From Waterburya sp. (GTDB lineage Bacteria > Cyanobacteriota > Cyanobacteriia > Cyanobacteriales > Xenococcaceae): DNA of 64,000 bases. The stretch lies in NCBI GenBank assembly GCA_965217895.1, contig CBDCJV010000002.1, positions 5,056,001 to 5,120,000 on the forward strand, given 5' to 3'. Made by a program: the position numbers and the translations under genes. The notes under the pieces were generated by a model. The model ran no database searches. It was not told where the DNA came from and worked only from the letters and a program-made list of their open reading frames with translations. Shown in pieces: positions 10,100 to 21,428 of this stretch (the first letter of the stretch is position 1; the number at the start of each line of letters is the position of its first letter).

Positions 10100-11734
10100 T
10101 TGATCACTCTCGATTTTGAACGTAAAACCAAAGAACTAATCGATGGTTTAAAAGGTGTCTGTGCTGCTTATGGTTTGGGTAATGATGGTAATGAATTTAA
10201 AATTATCACCCAGGTATTTCTGTATAAATTCCTCAATGATAAATTTGCTTATGAAGTTAAGCGAATCGATCGCAATATTGCTCAGGCTCAAAAGTGGGAA
10301 CAAGCAATAAATCAGTTAAGCGATGAAGATCGCGATATGCTGCAACTGCAATTAGCTGCTGACACTGCTAGATTAAAATCAGAACATTTTATTGCTCATT
10401 TAGCTCAACAACAGAATGAGCCAGAATTTGCCAAGTTGTTTGACGATACTCTCCGCGATATTGCGATCGCCAATAATGATATATTCTCAGTTAAAACTGA
10501 TGGTGGTGCTAAAGTTACTCTATTCGATCGCGTCAGTGAATTTATTACTGACACTACCAAGCGTGACGATTTTTGTAGAGCGTTGATCAACAAACTGGTA
10601 GGCTTCAGCTTCGAGCATATCTTCACCGAAAAGTATGATTTTTATGCCACTATCTTTGAATATCTGATTAAAGACTACAACAAAGACGGCGGAGGTAAAT
10701 ATGCCGAATATTACACGCCTCATGCAGTAGCAAAAATCATGGCAGCAATTTTAATTCCAGAAGAACAACAAGGTAAAATCCAAAACGTTAGCTGTTACGA
10801 CCCATCGGCAGGTTCGGGTACGCTATTGATGAATATAGCACACGCGATCGGTGAGGAACGCTGTAGCATTTTCTCTCAGGATATATCACAGAAATCTTCT
10901 AGCTTGCTGCGGTTGAATTTGATTTTAAATAACCTGATACATTCGATTCAAAATATTATTCAAGGAAATACTCTACTTCACCCCTATCATCAAGACGGGA
11001 AAGCCTTAAAGCAATTTGACTACATCGTATCAAATCCTCCCTTCAAAATGGATTTTAGCGATTTTAGCAAAGATCTCGATAGTAAGGAAAACAATGAGCG
11101 TTTTTTTGCTGGGATACCTAACATTCCGAAAAAAGCCAAAGCTAAAATGGCGATCTATCAGTTATTTTTGCAGCACATTATTTATTCCCTAAAACCGAAT
11201 GGTAAAGCAGCAGTAGTCGTACCCACAGGTTTTATTACCGCTCAAACTGGTATTGATAAGAAAATTCGCCAAAAACTGGTAGATGAAAAAATGCTGGCTG
11301 GTTTAGTTTCCATGCCGAGTAATATTTTTGCTACTACTGGTACTAACGTTTCGATTCTGTTTATTGATAAAAGCAACAAAGAAGATGTGGTACTAATTGA
11401 TGCCTCAAACCTTGGTACAACAGTTAAAGAAGGTAAAAATCAAAAGACCTTACTTTCTGAAGTAGAAGAAGATCGAATTATTATTACTTTTAACAACAAA
11501 AAAGCTGTTGACGATCTCTCTGTAGTAGTAAGTTATGACGATATTGCTGCCAAAAACTACAGCTTAAGTGCAGGACAATATTTTGAGGTAAAAATTGAGT
11601 ACGTCGATATTACTCATGATGAGTTTGAAGCCAAGATGAAAGGCTTTAGCGATAATTTGGATAAGATGTTTGCAGAGTCTAGGGAGTTAGAAGCTGAGAT
11701 TAAAGAGCAGTTAGCAAATTTAAAATATGAGTAA
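10100..11734 (+). CDS. hsdM: Type I R-M methyltransferase subunit M (m6A)
   Basis: AEYYTP, YDPSAGSG (SAM binding) and catalytic NPPF; TTG start. Confidence 0.93.
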   Translation: MITLDFERKTKELIDGLKGVCAAYGLGNDGNEFKIITQVFLYKFLNDKFAYEVKRIDRNIAQAQKWEQAINQLSDEDRDMLQLQLAADTARLKSEHFIAHLAQQQNEPEFAKLFDDTLRDIAIANNDIFSVKTDGGAKVTLFDRVSEFITDTTKRDDFCRALINKLVGFSFEHIFTEKYDFYATIFEYLIKDYNKDGGGKYAEYYTPHAVAKIMAAILIPEEQQGKIQNVSCYDPSAGSGTLLMNIAHAIGEERCSIFSQDISQKSSSLLRLNLILNNLIHSIQNIIQGNTLLHPYHQDGKALKQFDYIVSNPPFKMDFSDFSKDLDSKENNERFFAGIPNIPKKAKAKMAIYQLFLQHIIYSLKPNGKAAVVVPTGFITAQTGIDKKIRQKLVDEKMLAGLVSMPSNIFATTGTNVSILFIDKSNKEDVVLIDASNLGTTVKEGKNQKTLLSEVEEDRIIITFNNKKAVDDLSVVVSYDDIAAKNYSLSAGQYFEVKIEYVDITHDEFEAKMKGFSDNLDKMFAESRELEAEIKEQLANLKYE

Positions 11735-12905
11735 TTTGGTAAATACTACATTAGGTGAGTTAATCAATTTTCAGAGAGGGTATGATTTACCTAAATCAAG
11801 TTTTATTAGTGGTAATATTCCAGTTGTTTCCTCGAATGGAATATTAGGATATCACAATGAATACAAAGTTATTGGCTCTGGTATCACAATAGGCAGGAGT
11901 GGAACAGTAGGGTTACCACATTACATTGAGACAAATTTTTTTCCTCACAATACTTCTTTATTCGTTCAAGATTTTAAGGGAAATGACAAAAAGTATATCT
12001 TTTATCTTCTAAAATATTTAGATTTAAGTAATAAAAAAAGTGGTTCTGGTGTACCAACAATGAACAGAAATCACTTGCACCCATTAAAGATAAAGGCATA
12101 TTTAGATTCAAAGACTCAACAAAAAATCGCATCTGTTCTATCTGCGCTTGATGCCAAGATAGAACTTAATAATCGCATCAATGCTGAGTTAGAGGCAATG
12201 GCAAAAACTCTTTATGATTATTGGTTTGTGCAGTTTGAATTTCCAGATGAAAACGGTAAACCTTATAAATCATCTGGTGGCAAAATGGTTTACAACCAAA
12301 CTTTAAAACGAGAAATTCCTGAAGGTTAGGAAGTAAAAAAGCTAATTAATCTTTGCAATAAGATTGGAGATGGAATACATGGAACTCCTAAATATGTTAG
12401 TAGTTCAAACTATAGTTTCATCAATGGAAATAATCTAAAAAGTGGTTTTATTACAATTGATAATGAAACTAAAAGAATTAGCGAAAATCAATATAAAAGA
12501 TATTATGTAGAACTATCCAACAATACAATACTACTATCAATTAATGGCACTATCGGAAATTTGGCTTTATATTATGGAGAAAATGTAATGCTTGGTAAAA
12601 GCGCAGCTTATATCAATTGCAAAGACAATAATCTTCCCTATTGTTATCAGTTTTTAAGCATGAACAATATTCAAAAAACTTTGTGGAATATTGCGACAGG
12701 TTCAACAATTAAAAATTTATCCTTGGACTCTTTAAAAAGAATATTAATACCATGTCCAGGTATACACTTAATCAATAATTTTTATAGAATTACGAAGCCA
12801 ATAGATGCTCAAAAAATAAATCTGTTTAGAGAAAACCAACAACTTACTCAACTCCGCGATTGGCTGCTACCCATGCTAATGAATGGTCAAGTGACAGTAA
12901 AATAA
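11727..12905 (+). pseudogene. hsdS: Type I R-M specificity subunit split by a single in-frame TAG at 12327-12329 (pseudogene or functional half-HsdS)
   Basis: ORFs 11727-12329 and 12561-12905 share one frame. Reading through gives ..KREIPEG*EVKKLINLCNKIGDGIHGTPKY.. to LRDWLLPMLMNGQVTVK, where the usual motif is IPEGW. Confidence 0.88.
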
Positions 12906-13090
12906 ACAAATAGACAATATAGCAATGAAGCAAAGTTTAGGTGTTTTGAACAGACGTACATCTGATATCCGAAAAATCTAGAAGAACTCAAAAAAGACTT
13001 AACGTAAGATAAGAACTGATACAGCGATTATCAATAGAATTTTAAGAGAACATCTGAAAAGTTATTTTTCTACATTAAAGTTCTTGATTT

Positions 13091-13160
13091 GCCCCCCCAG
13101 CCCCCCAATTCTGGGGGGAGACCGATTGAAAGTCCCCCAAGTTTGGGGGATTTAGGGGGC
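13091..13160. repeat. G/C-run double-hairpin dispersed repeat of the type common in cyanobacterial intergenic DNA
   Basis: Outer GCCCCC/GGGGGC enclosing CCCCCCA-ATTC-TGGGGGG (13101-13118) and TCCCCCAA-GT-TTGGGGGA (13133-13150). Confidence 0.7.
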
Positions 13161-13183
13161 GAGTGCGTAAGTCCTAATAGTTA

Positions 13184-13355
13184 ACGTGAGTTCGGGATAA
13201 GCTGAAACCTTTATTAGATAAGTATTTTGAAAATGCTATTTTTTCGCTAAATCTTCTCTTCAAGACAATTAAACAATACTTCAAAAGCTTAAAGCTAAGA
13301 TCAAGCGAGCTTATAGCTACCTAAACAGACCAATCTTGTCAACCAGAACTCACGT
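13184..13355. mobile_element. MITE (172 bp), copy 1; ends resemble cyanobacterial IS982-family TIRs
   Basis: Left ACGTGAGTTCGGG, right CCAGAACTCACGT, flanked by the 6-bp direct repeat TAGTTA (13178-13183 and 13356-13361). Family assignment is from memory. Confidence 0.8.
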
Positions 13356-13407
13356 TAGTTAGGGTTTCAAGTTAAATAAATGGTGGATTTATTTACGTTC
13401 AAGTCTA

Positions 13408-14880
13408 CTAATTGATAGTTAGTGTATACTTCCCTTTTCCACCCTCGTCATAAGCATTGACAATAATATTATAAGCACCATCTTCAGGAATGCTTACCTT
13501 AATTTCAGAGTTGCTATCTTTTTCGCTAATATCATCATTCTGCTCGATAATATTACCTTTATCGTCAATTAAAGCCACAAAAGGGTCGAATTCATCGCTT
13601 TCAAGATGAATAGTAAGGGAATCACCCTTCTTGCCTTCAAGGGGATAAGAATCATAGAAACTACCGTCTTCGGGTATGGTGCGATCGCCATCTTCTAATG
13701 CGCCTTGTTCTATATTGTCTAGTGTGCGATCGCTATCAGAGTTAGTGGCAACTTCTTTTGGGTCTTCAGCTTCTAGTTTTTTTGCATCTTCTTCGTTGCT
13801 TGCAGATTCCTCAATTGATTGTTCTTCTACTTTAGTTTGTGATTCAGCTTGCGGTTCTTTATCTGTTTCAGCTTGAGCCACTTCTGCATCTTGATTGTTT
13901 TTTGCTTCTGGAGTTGGAGTCGTTACTTCAGGAACAATAGGAGGAGTTGGAGGTTGAGGTGGCTGAGGTAGAGATTCAGCAACTGTATCTTGGTTAGAAG
14001 CAGGTGCTTGGGTGACAGTAGGTGCTTCTGGAGGCGCAGGAGTTTCCGTATTTTCTGTTGGGCTAGGGGTAGTCTCTGCTTCTGACGTAACAGGAGTCTG
14101 CGTATTTTCTGTTGGGCTAGGGGTAGTCTTTACTTCTGGCGTAACAGGAGTTTCTGGTTTTGCTCTAGCCACTTTTGGCTGGCTAGCAATAGTCTCATTT
14201 TTTGGTTGAGGTTTAGTCTGTGGGTTAGCCTCAGCTACTTCTGTATCAGAAGCTGTATCAGAATAGGCGATCGCACACACCTTAGCATACCGAGGATCGG
14301 GTTTACAAACCACTCCTGTATCTTCAGCATTTGCGCTTAAAAGACTTTTACGGCGACGGCGATCGGGAAATAGCTCATCTACTACTATACTCATGACTAT
14401 GCCTTGAGGGGTAACTCTGCCGTAGCTGATATTTTGAATATTGTTAGCCGTAGCAAAATTATCAAGCTTAGTTGTCGCTTTAGCGGCAGTTTGCTTGGAG
14501 ATGTCCAAAGGAGGTAAGGGTGGTTGTTTTTTGAGAACGGCGATCGCTTCTTCTAAAGCTTTTAATCCTCTATTAGTTCTAACTGGCTTTTCTCCAGGTA
14601 GCCTAAGCCAAATACCATCATAATATTTTCGCTGTTGTTCTAGCCATTGAGCGTAACCTTGAGGATTGGTTCTAACCCGATTAATTTCTGATAATATCTC
14701 TGGCTCTAAAGCAGTTGAGGTTGGGTTTGCTGCTTGTTGAGTTTTAGGCGGAGATGTTGATTGAGCGATAACTTCGTTAGGCTTGGCCAACGCAGCAGAG
14801 GGATAAATCTCTAAAGCTAGAAGATTAATAATCAGACTAAAGATGTAGAACGGAATACTGCCCAGAAAAACTTTTACCAT
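13408..14880 (-). CDS. Secreted protein: CAP/SCP-like N-domain, Pro/Thr/Glu-rich linker and pre-peptidase C-terminal (PPC) domain
   Basis: Signal-like hydrophobic N-terminus from ATG 14880; ILSEINRVRTNPQGYA (CAP-like); DGSFYDSY..LESDEFDP..NDD..G.Y.I...AY...GKGKYTL (PPC). Confidence 0.7.
   Translation of the reverse strand: MVKVFLGSIPFYIFSLIINLLALEIYPSAALAKPNEVIAQSTSPPKTQQAANPTSTALEPEILSEINRVRTNPQGYAQWLEQQRKYYDGIWLRLPGEKPVRTNRGLKALEEAIAVLKKQPPLPPLDISKQTAAKATTKLDNFATANNIQNISYGRVTPQGIVMSIVVDELFPDRRRRKSLLSANAEDTGVVCKPDPRYAKVCAIAYSDTASDTEVAEANPQTKPQPKNETIASQPKVARAKPETPVTPEVKTTPSPTENTQTPVTSEAETTPSPTENTETPAPPEAPTVTQAPASNQDTVAESLPQPPQPPTPPIVPEVTTPTPEAKNNQDAEVAQAETDKEPQAESQTKVEEQSIEESASNEEDAKKLEAEDPKEVATNSDSDRTLDNIEQGALEDGDRTIPEDGSFYDSYPLEGKKGDSLTIHLESDEFDPFVALIDDKGNIIEQNDDISEKDSNSEIKVSIPEDGAYNIIVNAYDEGGKGKYTLTIN
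14037..14154. repeat. In-frame 54-nt tandem repeat (about 2.2 copies) in the linker of the CAP/PPC protein
   Basis: CAGGAGT at 14037, 14091 and 14145; encodes TPVTxExxTTPSPTENT twice. Confidence 0.85.
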
Positions 14881-14949
14881 CTTAGTTTTGTATATTATAC
14901 AACCTCTATTGGGGGATTGAATCAAAGCCCATCCTCGACCATCATCAAG

Positions 14950-15288
14950 CTATGATAAAAATCGATTTAGGGAGTTTTTCAATTCTCTAATTTCCACCTC
15001 TAAGTTTCCTTTGTCAACTGCGTTGGTTAAGCACTCATCTAAATGCTCTTCTAAAACAATCTTAGCCACACTAGATATTGCTCCTTTTACCGCTGCTATT
15101 TGATCTAGGACTTCTGGACAAGGACGATGTTCCCGAACCATCGTTTTAATTCCCCGAACATGACCTTCAATGCGAGATAAACGATTAATAATTTTCTTTA
15201 AAGATTCATCACTGTGAACATGGGCATGAATTTCTGGGTTACTGTTAATTGTTGTTAAAGATTTGGAATGATGCGCTCTTTTAATCAT
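14950..15288 (-). CDS. CsoR/RcnR-family metal-sensing repressor (InrS-like)
   Basis: HAHVH..RLSRIEGHVRGI..PCPEVL.QIAAV..EHLDEC motif set. Confidence 0.85.
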   Translation of the reverse strand: MIKRAHHSKSLTTINSNPEIHAHVHSDESLKKIINRLSRIEGHVRGIKTMVREHRPCPEVLDQIAAVKGAISSVAKIVLEEHLDECLTNAVDKGNLEVEIRELKNSLNRFLS

Positions 15289-15364
15289 GTAGTTTCAGTA
15301 ATTTCTTGACGAGAAAATATAGCAGTCTGGACAACTATTTCTTTATTGTAAATAGACCAGCAGT

Positions 15365-15419
15365 AAAAAAGCGATGCCGTGATGTTTTTAAGATTTCTCT
15401 TATTTATCCCTGCATCGCT
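15365..15419 (-). terminator. Probable intrinsic terminator of the rpo operon
   Basis: AGCGATGC/GCATCGCT inverted repeat followed on the minus strand by a T6 tract, 25 nt after the rpoC2 stop; the loop is long. Confidence 0.45.
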
Positions 15420-15444
15420 ACTAAAACGTGATTATATTTAGTAT

Positions 15445-18400
15445 CTATTCTTCTTCTGCTTCTGCTGCCTTCCTCTCTGAAGCATCTAAGCCTGTATATG
15501 CTCTGGCTGACTTATCGTCTAAAATGACATTCTCATCATCACTCAAATTTTTATAAGAGCGGCGGGGAGTATTATCTAAACCGCCATTTAGCTCTTCTGC
15601 TAAACGATAAGATTCAAAATCTTCACCGTAGCCATAGACTGCACTATTGCGCATTCCAGAATCAGCATCGCTACGACCACCCAGAGGATCGTCGTGAAGA
15701 TTAAAACCAGTCCCAGCAGGAATTAGACGACCAATAATTACGTTTTCTTTCAAGCCTCTAAGCCAATCAGACTTACCTTCAATTGCTGCCTCAGTTAAGA
15801 CCCTAGTTGTTTCTTGGAAAGAAGCTGCGGAGATGAAGCTATCAGTATTCAAGGAAGCCTTAGTGATACCTAGCAGTACAGGAGTGTATTGCGCAGGCGC
15901 ACCACCAGTAATGGACATTGCCTCGTTAACCTGTTCAATCTGGCTTAATTCCAAAAGCTCTCCAGGCAGAATAATTGTATCTCCTCCATCATCAACTCTG
16001 ACCTTAGCAGTCATTTGTCTGACGATGACCTCAATATGTTTATCAGAAATATCAATTCCTTGGCTTTGGTAGACAGACTGTACCTGACGGACTAAGAATA
16101 GCTGGGCTTTTTGTAAACCGATCAAAGACGCTCCATAACAACCTTTTTCTGGTAGGTGAAAATTGAAGTAAGTCTCCAAAATTTCGTGAGGGTTGGCAGG
16201 ACCATCAGTTAAGGGTTCACCAGCTTCAACAACTTGTCCATCACTGACAATGGCATTCTGTCCAGGTTTAATCGGATAATCACTGACTACCCCATCATCC
16301 TCCATGATTTTGACATCTACGGTTTCATTTTCTTCGTAGACTACCTGGCACACTCCAGAGCTACGGCTGAGGATACAGCCTTCTTTTGGTTTACGAGCTT
16401 CTAGAAGTTCTTCAATACGGGGTAAACCTTGAATAATATCCCCTGTTTTAGAACGTTCAAACACCAGCAGCACTAAATTATCGCCACGCTGTACTAAATC
16501 ACCATGATCGATATGTAAGACCGCTCCTTGAGATACACGGTAAGGACGAGTATGACGGAAAATCGCCGTAGTTTTGCCTGCTTTCTCTGTTAACTCAACT
16601 ACCTGTCCTGATTGTTCTAATTTGACTCCCTCAGCCAGTTGTGTACCAGATACTAATAGATCTCCTTGTTTGAAGTTACAGGCACTTTTGGCTTGGTTTA
16701 ATTCATGAGTAACCACATCACTTTCTCGGACAACTAAAATACGGCGAATAGCTTCTGCTCCTTCACGTATCCCCTGTACTTCTCCAGTAGATTTACACTG
16801 AATTTCAGTCCGAGCAATAGTTGCACCTTTGGCAATTTCTTCGCCATCTGTAACCAAAACTTTAGTCTCGACATCACCACTGTGAGGATCTACGTCAGTA
16901 TCTCTTCTTAGTACTAAAGATTCTAAGATAACCATCTGTAAGCGTTTGGTGTCTGGGTCGTCTTCTTCTGGCTGTAGTTCAATATCCGCACTTAAATTGG
17001 CGATAATATCGCTTACTTCGCTCGTGTCGATCTCTAAAATTAACAGGGTGCTAATTAAAGACAAACTATTGACCGATTTAACTCTTTCGCCATCTTTATA
17101 AAAGATTCTTTGGACTGAGCGTAATTCTATTTGACGACCATCATCTTGATTGATAGATGCTTGAGAAGGAATAGAAGGCTCATCTGCCACTTCAAACTCT
17201 CGGACAGGACGGAGAATTAAAGCAGGTCCTTCGGTACTTTCGACAACTTCTCCATATCTTTGTTCGGAAATTATTACTCCAGGCAAAACCTCTGTACCTG
17301 GCTGAATTAGCTGCTCATGCCATTCGCTTTTAGTGTCCTCTAGTTGATGAATTTCTCCTGGCTTAATAATGATTTCTCTGAGGATGTCGTTTTTCTGCAC
17401 CACTTCGACAATACCCGAAGATTGACAGAAGACATCTTTGACTACTTCTGCGCCAGCCTCAACGTATTCGCCGTCTTCAACAATTAGTAGCGAAATATCT
17501 TTGTTTACTTCGTGGCTTTCTTCAGGAATCCAGAGTAAAGTCCCTCCTTTCTCAATTTCATAACCCTGTTTACGATTACCTTTACCGATAGTGATACCAC
17601 CATACTTGATAATTCCTCCTGTTTCCGTACGATAGCGATCGTCAATCAATTCAGCAACGATCTGACCATTCTGTACTTTAGTTCCAGGAGTAGCTTTGAG
17701 TAAGAATCTACGCTCGTCAGCAGTGTAGATAATATACTGTTCGCGACCACCATCGCTTTCAACCTTGACTTTGGCTTGATCCAAAGACACAGATGCAGTC
17801 ACAATTTCTATTTCACGGCTATCGGTAATCATTCTGACCACGCCACCGTTAGCAGCAGTAAGTCGAGTTTGAGCTAGTAAATCTCCTGGCTTAACTTTAT
17901 CGCCGTTTTTCACCAAGGCTTCGGCACCAGGGAGCAGATTATATACTTCTCCTGATAATACCCAAAGCAGTCCTCCTCTTTGAGCTATACGGGTAGTATT
18001 TCCCTGACGATCTTTTTTGTCTTCAGGTACAAGGTCAGCAAACAAAACTTCTCCCGCTAAATCAGAAGTTACGTCTTTGGCGGCTTTTTCTGTGGATTTT
18101 TGTACCTGTACTTTGGCTACTTCGACTAATAGCTGACCTTTCTTGACTTCTTCTCCGTCTTCTACGTAGATTAAAGAACCAGCAGTCAAAGCAGTATTTA
18201 CTGTTTTGCCTTTACTGGGAACTAGGAGTATGTCGCCAATGGTTTCTACTTGGTTTCTCTCATCACCGTGGCGGGTGCGAATTGCACGGGTACTCAGTCC
18301 TTTACCAAATTTAACTGTACCGTCAGATTTAGCACGGATTTGACGGGCTACTTCTCCTGTAAATACTCCTCCTGTATGGAAAGTACGCATGGTTAACTGA

Positions 18401-19380
18401 GTTCCAGGTTCACCAATAGATTGAGCCGCAATAATACCTACTGCTTCTCCCATATCTACCATATGTCCGTGTGCTAAGCTCCAGCCGTAGCATTTTTGAC
18501 ATACGGAGCGAGCCGCCTGACAGGTAAGGGGAGAACGTACCATCACCTCCTCAACGCGATCGCCTATTTCTTGTGCCAAATCGTGGTCAATATCTTGGTT
18601 ACGAGTAGCAATTACCTCTTTAGTTTTCTTCTCTACTACGTCTTCGGCCAGAACCCTACCTAAAAGACGATCTGATAGCTGAATTAAAGTGCGATCGCCA
18701 TCCATCATTGCTTTGATACTAATGCCTCGTTCAGTACCGCAATCGATTTCTCTGACAATTACATCTTGGGAGACATCGACCAAACGACGGGTTAAATAGC
18801 CAGAGTCCGCAGTACGCAGTGCTGTATCTACCAGACCTTTTCTTGCTCCATAAGAAGAAATAATATATTCAGTTACAGTTAATCCCTCACGGAAATTAGT
18901 TTTAATTGGTAAATCAATAATTTCTCCCTGGGGATCGGCCATCAAACCTCGCATTCCCACAAGCTGACGCACCTGAGATAAGTTACCTCGCGCTCCACTA
19001 AAAGCCATCATGTAGACAGAATTAAGAGGGTCGGTAGCGCGGAAATTAGTTACCACCTCATTTTTAAGGTTTTCTGAGGTACTCGTCCAGGTATCAATTA
19101 CCTTTTGAAAACGCTCAACTTCGGTAATTTCTCCACGAGCATAACGTTCCTCTGTCTCTCTAATTTCTACCTCTGCTGCTTCGAGCATTTCAGCTTTAAT
19201 AGGTGGTACTTTCAAATCGTCTACGCTAATAGATACTCCAGCTACCGTGGCATAACGAAAGCCGAGTTCTTTGAGAGAATCTGCCACGGTTGCGCTATGA
19301 GCCGAACCATACTCTGTAAAAGCCGAAGCCATTAGCTTTTTAAGACGACCTTTATCAACGATGTGATTATAAAATTTCAT
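15445..19380 (-). CDS. rpoC2: DNA-directed RNA polymerase subunit beta'' (cyanobacterial RpoC2)
   Basis: [46 protein letters not shown], large SI3 insertion, [10 protein letters not shown]. Confidence 0.98.
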   Translation of the reverse strand: MKFYNHIVDKGRLKKLMASAFTEYGSAHSATVADSLKELGFRYATVAGVSISVDDLKVPPIKAEMLEAAEVEIRETEERYARGEITEVERFQKVIDTWTSTSENLKNEVVTNFRATDPLNSVYMMAFSGARGNLSQVRQLVGMRGLMADPQGEIIDLPIKTNFREGLTVTEYIISSYGARKGLVDTALRTADSGYLTRRLVDVSQDVIVREIDCGTERGISIKAMMDGDRTLIQLSDRLLGRVLAEDVVEKKTKEVIATRNQDIDHDLAQEIGDRVEEVMVRSPLTCQAARSVCQKCYGWSLAHGHMVDMGEAVGIIAAQSIGEPGTQLTMRTFHTGGVFTGEVARQIRAKSDGTVKFGKGLSTRAIRTRHGDERNQVETIGDILLVPSKGKTVNTALTAGSLIYVEDGEEVKKGQLLVEVAKVQVQKSTEKAAKDVTSDLAGEVLFADLVPEDKKDRQGNTTRIAQRGGLLWVLSGEVYNLLPGAEALVKNGDKVKPGDLLAQTRLTAANGGVVRMITDSREIEIVTASVSLDQAKVKVESDGGREQYIIYTADERRFLLKATPGTKVQNGQIVAELIDDRYRTETGGIIKYGGITIGKGNRKQGYEIEKGGTLLWIPEESHEVNKDISLLIVEDGEYVEAGAEVVKDVFCQSSGIVEVVQKNDILREIIIKPGEIHQLEDTKSEWHEQLIQPGTEVLPGVIISEQRYGEVVESTEGPALILRPVREFEVADEPSIPSQASINQDDGRQIELRSVQRIFYKDGERVKSVNSLSLISTLLILEIDTSEVSDIIANLSADIELQPEEDDPDTKRLQMVILESLVLRRDTDVDPHSGDVETKVLVTDGEEIAKGATIARTEIQCKSTGEVQGIREGAEAIRRILVVRESDVVTHELNQAKSACNFKQGDLLVSGTQLAEGVKLEQSGQVVELTEKAGKTTAIFRHTRPYRVSQGAVLHIDHGDLVQRGDNLVLLVFERSKTGDIIQGLPRIEELLEARKPKEGCILSRSSGVCQVVYEENETVDVKIMEDDGVVSDYPIKPGQNAIVSDGQVVEAGEPLTDGPANPHEILETYFNFHLPEKGCYGASLIGLQKAQLFLVRQVQSVYQSQGIDISDKHIEVIVRQMTAKVRVDDGGDTIILPGELLELSQIEQVNEAMSITGGAPAQYTPVLLGITKASLNTDSFISAASFQETTRVLTEAAIEGKSDWLRGLKENVIIGRLIPAGTGFNLHDDPLGGRSDADSGMRNSAVYGYGEDFESYRLAEELNGGLDNTPRRSYKNLSDDENVILDDKSARAYTGLDASERKAAEAEEE

Positions 19381-19441
19381 GTCTGATTTTTCCGTTCTTA
19401 GCTATTAAAATTCTTGAGTTTTTAGGGGGTAGAAGTTACGC

Positions 19442-21325
19442 CTATACCATGGCAGTCAAAGCCTCTTGTACCGTCTGGTTATATATGATTCGACCGATAG
19501 TAGTATCTATATACTGAGCAATTTCTTCTCCTTGAGCCGACTTCCTGACAAATCTTTGACGGTAATATTCAATCTTGCTGCCATCAGCCAAGTCTTCTGT
19601 TTCGATAATTTCAGTATCTGGTTCTTCTGTTTCTACTTCTCCGTCATACCTGAGCCAAACATGGGCATGAATATCTACCTGACCTTGTTCGTAGGCTTTG
19701 ACAGCATCCTCTAAGTTGCCAAAACGACGACCTTTGCCTTTCAAAGCATCAGGATTTTCAGCCGTTAGATAGTAGCAGCCCAAAACCATATCCTGAGATG
19801 GAGCCACAATTGGTCTTCCTGTAGCGGGAGAGAGAATATTATGACAAGCCAACATTAGTAATCGAGCTTCTGCCTGCGCCTCTAAAGACAAAGGTACGTG
19901 AACCGCCATTTGGTCACCATCAAAGTCAGCGTTAAAGGCAGGACATACAAGAGGATGGAGTTGAATCGCTCTACCTTCTACCAAAATTGGCTCAAATGCC
20001 TGAATTCCTAGGCGGTGAAGTGTTGGTGCGCGGTTTAACATTACTGGATGCCCAGTAATTACCTCTTTTAGTACTTCATAAACGCTAGAATCGTTACGCT
20101 GAATTAATTTTTTAGCAGCTTTGATGTTGTTTACCATGCCACTATTAATCAGACGGTGAATTACAAAAGGTTGGAATAATTCGATCGCCATTTCTCTTGG
20201 CAAACCACACTGATAAATCTTTAGTTTCGGTCCAACCACGATTACCGAACGTCCCGAATAGTCAACTCGCTTACCTAACAAGTTCTGACGAAAACGTCCT
20301 TGTTTTCCTTCGATAATGTCTGATAGAGATTTAAGAGGGCGGTTATTTGCCCCAACTACAGTACGACCACGACGACCGTTATCAATTAATGCGTCTACCG
20401 CCTCTTGCAGCATCCGTTTCTCATTACGGACAATAATTTCTGGAGCGAGAATTTCTTGCAGTCTAGCTAAACGGTTATTACGGTTTATTACTCGACGATA
20501 AAGATCGTTCAAGTCAGAAGTGGCAAAGCGACCACCATCTAACTGCACCATCGGACGCAAATCTGGGGGAATGACGGGAATAGCATTTAACACCATCCAT
20601 TCTGGACGAGAACCAGTAGCTACGAAGTTATCAATTACCCGTAGACGCTTAATTAGCTTGGCTCTTTTTTGTCCCTTCGCCTCGGCGATTTGTTCTCTTA
20701 GCTTTTCTGCTTCTTCTTCTAAAGCAACTTCTTCTAAAAGTCTTTGTACTGCTTCTGCACCGATACCAACTTCAACCCCAACTAATTCGGAGTCTTCGCT
20801 ATAAAGCTGATCCTCAATTTCAATCCACTGATCTTCAGTTAAGAGTTGCTTGGCAGATAAGTTACCCGCATTACCAGGATCGAGAACTACATAAGCATTA
20901 AAGTAAACTACCTGCTCTACATCTCGTAAAGGCATATCCAGCAAAATACTCAAGTAGCTAGGAATCCCCTTGAGATACCAAACGTGGGTAACAGGCGCAG
21001 CCAGCTTAATATAGCCCATGCGATGACGACGCACTCGTGATTCAGTTACTTCCACTCCGCAGCGTTCACAAACAATTCCACGATGGCGCACTCGCTTGTA
21101 TTTGCCACAGTGACATTCCCAATCTTTGGCTGGACCAAAAATTCGCTCGCAGAATAACCCATCCATTTCTGGCTTGAGGGTACGATAATTAATCGTTTCG
21201 GGCTTAGTCACTTCCCCAACTAGCTGACCGTTAGGTAAAGTTCTTTCTCCCCACTGGCGAATTCTCTCAGGAGAGGCAATACCGATTTTGACGTAATCGA
21301 ATCTTTGTTCTATCTGGTTTCTCAT
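19442..21325 (-). CDS. rpoC1: DNA-directed RNA polymerase subunit gamma (RpoC1)
   Basis: Zinc finger CHCGKYK..CERC and catalytic NADFDGDQM. Confidence 0.98.
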   Translation of the reverse strand: MRNQIEQRFDYVKIGIASPERIRQWGERTLPNGQLVGEVTKPETINYRTLKPEMDGLFCERIFGPAKDWECHCGKYKRVRHRGIVCERCGVEVTESRVRRHRMGYIKLAAPVTHVWYLKGIPSYLSILLDMPLRDVEQVVYFNAYVVLDPGNAGNLSAKQLLTEDQWIEIEDQLYSEDSELVGVEVGIGAEAVQRLLEEVALEEEAEKLREQIAEAKGQKRAKLIKRLRVIDNFVATGSRPEWMVLNAIPVIPPDLRPMVQLDGGRFATSDLNDLYRRVINRNNRLARLQEILAPEIIVRNEKRMLQEAVDALIDNGRRGRTVVGANNRPLKSLSDIIEGKQGRFRQNLLGKRVDYSGRSVIVVGPKLKIYQCGLPREMAIELFQPFVIHRLINSGMVNNIKAAKKLIQRNDSSVYEVLKEVITGHPVMLNRAPTLHRLGIQAFEPILVEGRAIQLHPLVCPAFNADFDGDQMAVHVPLSLEAQAEARLLMLACHNILSPATGRPIVAPSQDMVLGCYYLTAENPDALKGKGRRFGNLEDAVKAYEQGQVDIHAHVWLRYDGEVETEEPDTEIIETEDLADGSKIEYYRQRFVRKSAQGEEIAQYIDTTIGRIIYNQTVQEALTAMV

Positions 21326-21428
21326 TATTGGCTAGGAATTAAAGGTTCTGGGAATAAAAAAAGCCATCTGTCGATCAGAAATGAAGGTTGAAAAATCATT
21401 TTCCGCGTCCTTCATCTCTTATCCTTTA

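Noticed and set aside
12327..12329. TAG recoding (pyrrolysine or alternative genetic code) in hsdS
   Set aside because: TAG terminates ordinary genes here (sufU, hisD), no pyl genes are visible, and a single TGG>TAG change explains it.
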